Shown: positions 62,354-64,000 of the stretch, piece by piece | How the letters are laid out: the number at the start of each line of letters is the position of its first letter | How positions within the stretch are numbered: the stretch's first letter is position 1 | Assembly: GCA_965200245.1 (NCBI GenBank) | Contig: CBDATS010000004.1 | Span: 928,001-992,000, forward strand | Reading direction: 5' to 3' | DNA: 64,000 nt | Source of the DNA: a bacterium | GTDB taxonomy: Bacteria > UBA8248 | Program-made: the position numbers and the translations under genes | The notes under the pieces: model-generated | Databases searched by the model: none | What the model saw: the letters and a program-made list of their open reading frames with translations, nothing else | Told to the model about the DNA's origin: nothing

Positions 62354-63346
62354 CTAGAACCGGACGGCCAGTTCATCCACCGCCTGCGTAGTGCGGGCGT
62401 CCTCGTTCACCTGAAGCCATTCGGGTGTCGGGAACTTCGTGAAACTCTTGCCCGCCCTGAGCACCGTACCGTGCAGAGGGGCTTCCAGGGCGTTGGCCAG
62501 CTTTTCCGCCAGACGGACGAGGGCGTCCACATCCACCCCCGTTTCCACCTCCATGAGCCAAAGCATGTGAGCCAGATCTTCGGTAGATATGTTGCCCGAG
62601 GCGTTGGGTGCAAAGGGACAGCCCCCGATGCCGCCCAAAGAACCGTCCAGCACGCGCGCACCTGCCTGCATTGAGGCCAGGGCGTTGGCGAGGCCCATGC
62701 CGCGCGTGTTGTGCAGGTGGACGACGAGTCCCTTCTCCGGCCAGCGCTTCTTGAGTTCCCTCACCATGCGGCCCATCCGCGCGGGGTCACCCATACCCAT
62801 CGAATCGCACAGGAAAAACTCATCCACACCGAGGGTGTCGTACTTTCCGGCAATGTCGTAGACCACCTCTTCCGCTACACGTCCTGTATAGGGACACCCC
62901 GTCGAAAGACTGATCGCTCCGCTGAAGGGAATACCCGCGCCCTTCACGATTTTGGAAATTTTGGCCATTTCTTCCAGGCTTTGCTTCACGGAGCGGTTCA
63001 CGTTCGCGCGGTTGTGTACGTCCGTGACGGAAATGACCTGCTGTACGCCGTCGCAGCCCGCATCCACCGCCCGGTGCGCCCCGCGTTCGTTGGCGACCAA
63101 ACACTCGTAGGTGACGCCCGGTTTTCGCTTGATGCGACGCATCACCTCGTCCGCGTCTGCCGTGGCGGGCACGGCTTTCGGGTTCATGAAGCTCGCAGCC
63201 TCTATGCGACTTATGCCCGCGTCTGCCAAGCCCTCGATGATCTCGACTTTCAGTTCCGTGGGCAGTACCTGTTTCAGATTCTGGATGCCGTCACGCATGA
63301 CAACGTCGCGTACGAGAACACTCGAAGGAAATTCAGGGTTCGACAT
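62354..63346 (-). CDS. HMG-CoA lyase family protein
   Basis: RDGIQN, HLHNTRG, GGCPFAP.ASGNISTED. Confidence 0.9.
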   Translation of the reverse strand: MSNPEFPSSVLVRDVVMRDGIQNLKQVLPTELKVEIIEGLADAGISRIEAASFMNPKAVPATADADEVMRRIKRKPGVTYECLVANERGAHRAVDAGCDGVQQVISVTDVHNRANVNRSVKQSLEEMAKISKIVKGAGIPFSGAISLSTGCPYTGRVAEEVVYDIAGKYDTLGVDEFFLCDSMGMGDPARMGRMVRELKKRWPEKGLVVHLHNTRGMGLANALASMQAGARVLDGSLGGIGGCPFAPNASGNISTEDLAHMLWLMEVETGVDVDALVRLAEKLANALEAPLHGTVLRAGKSFTKFPTPEWLQVNEDARTTQAVDELAVRF

Positions 63347-63371
63347 GGAGAGTATCCTCCCGCCAGAGGCG

Positions 63372-64000
63372 CTAGTCGGCCAGACGCTTCATTCTCGGAT
63401 CGAGTACGTCGCGGAGCCAGTCGCCCAGAAGGTTCACGCTCAAGACTGTGATCATCAGGATGAGGCCCGGGAAGAGAGCTATCCACCAAGCCGTATCGAG
63501 GAAACTCCTGCCGTCGGCGAGCATTCCGCCCCACGTCGGCGTGGGAGGCGGCACACCAAGCCCGAGGAAGGAGAGTGCGGATTCGATAATGATCATCCGG
63601 CCCAGGTACAAGGTGGCTATCACGATGGTCGTGGAAGCCACGTTCGGGAAAAGATAGAGAAAAAGTATCCGCAACGTGCCGCAGCCTGTCGCCCTGGCAC
63701 CGGTGACGAACTCGTGCTCCTTGATGGAGAGAACCTCCGCACGCACCACTCGCGCATAGACGAGCCAGGTCCTGAGCGCGATGACCAGGACGATGTTCTG
63801 AAGGCTCGGCCCCAGTATCGCCACCAGGCTGATGGCCAGCAGGATGAAGGGAACGGCCAGGGCCGTATCAATGATGCGGCTGATGACGGTGTCGATCCAG
63901 CCGCCGAAATAGCCTGCAATGATGCCAACCGTGATGCCGATGAGTCCGCTCACGATGACAGCGGCGATACCGACGATAAGCGAGATGCGCGATCCCCAGA
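63372..64000 (-). CDS. Peptide ABC transporter permease (DppC-like), partial
   Basis: EFVTGARATG (EAA loop), LSFLGLG, WGGML; runs off window end. Confidence 0.9.
   Translation of the reverse strand, partial: WGSRISLIVGIAAVIVSGLIGITVGIIAGYFGGWIDTVISRIIDTALAVPFILLAISLVAILGPSLQNIVLVIALRTWLVYARVVRAEVLSIKEHEFVTGARATGCGTLRILFLYLFPNVASTTIVIATLYLGRMIIIESALSFLGLGVPPPTPTWGGMLADGRSFLDTAWWIALFPGLILMITVLSVNLLGDWLRDVLDPRMKRLAD

Noticed and set aside
1-64000. CRISPR array, reverse transcriptase/retron, prophage, integron
   Set aside because: No regularly spaced repeats, RT motifs, phage structural genes or integrase seen by eye

Overview
GC-rich bacterial chromosomal window; host unresolved (the gene mix suggests a Nitrospinota/deltaproteobacteria-like lineage, inference only). 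Core genes: ppk1, tmRNA-smpB-rnr-polA, kdsD, yebC-ruvCAB, nfuA, ychF. Catabolic clusters: (1) a split B12-dependent acyl-CoA mutase with a remodelled substrate pocket, in one operon with a class III CoA-transferase, HAD hydrolase, enoyl-CoA hydratase and a 3-sulfinopropionyl-CoA desulfinase-like enzyme; (2) maleate isomerase / alpha-beta hydrolase / Zn-ADH / two tandem bicupins; (3) GntR / M24 / DRE-TIM; (4) an MshA-like glycosyltransferase, PIG-L deacetylase and two GNATs between amgK-like and nagZ genes. Accessory patches: a Phd-VapC toxin-antitoxin pair beside the tmRNA 3' end; defence-gene fragments next to polA; a 2.3 kb IS1-like element with 24-bp terminal inverted repeats carrying an intact ParA + unknown-protein pair; a broken R-M locus with an IS256 remnant. 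No CRISPR array, rRNA or tRNA seen. All family calls come from motif recognition without database searches, and several frameshifts lie in short homopolymers and may be sequencing errors.
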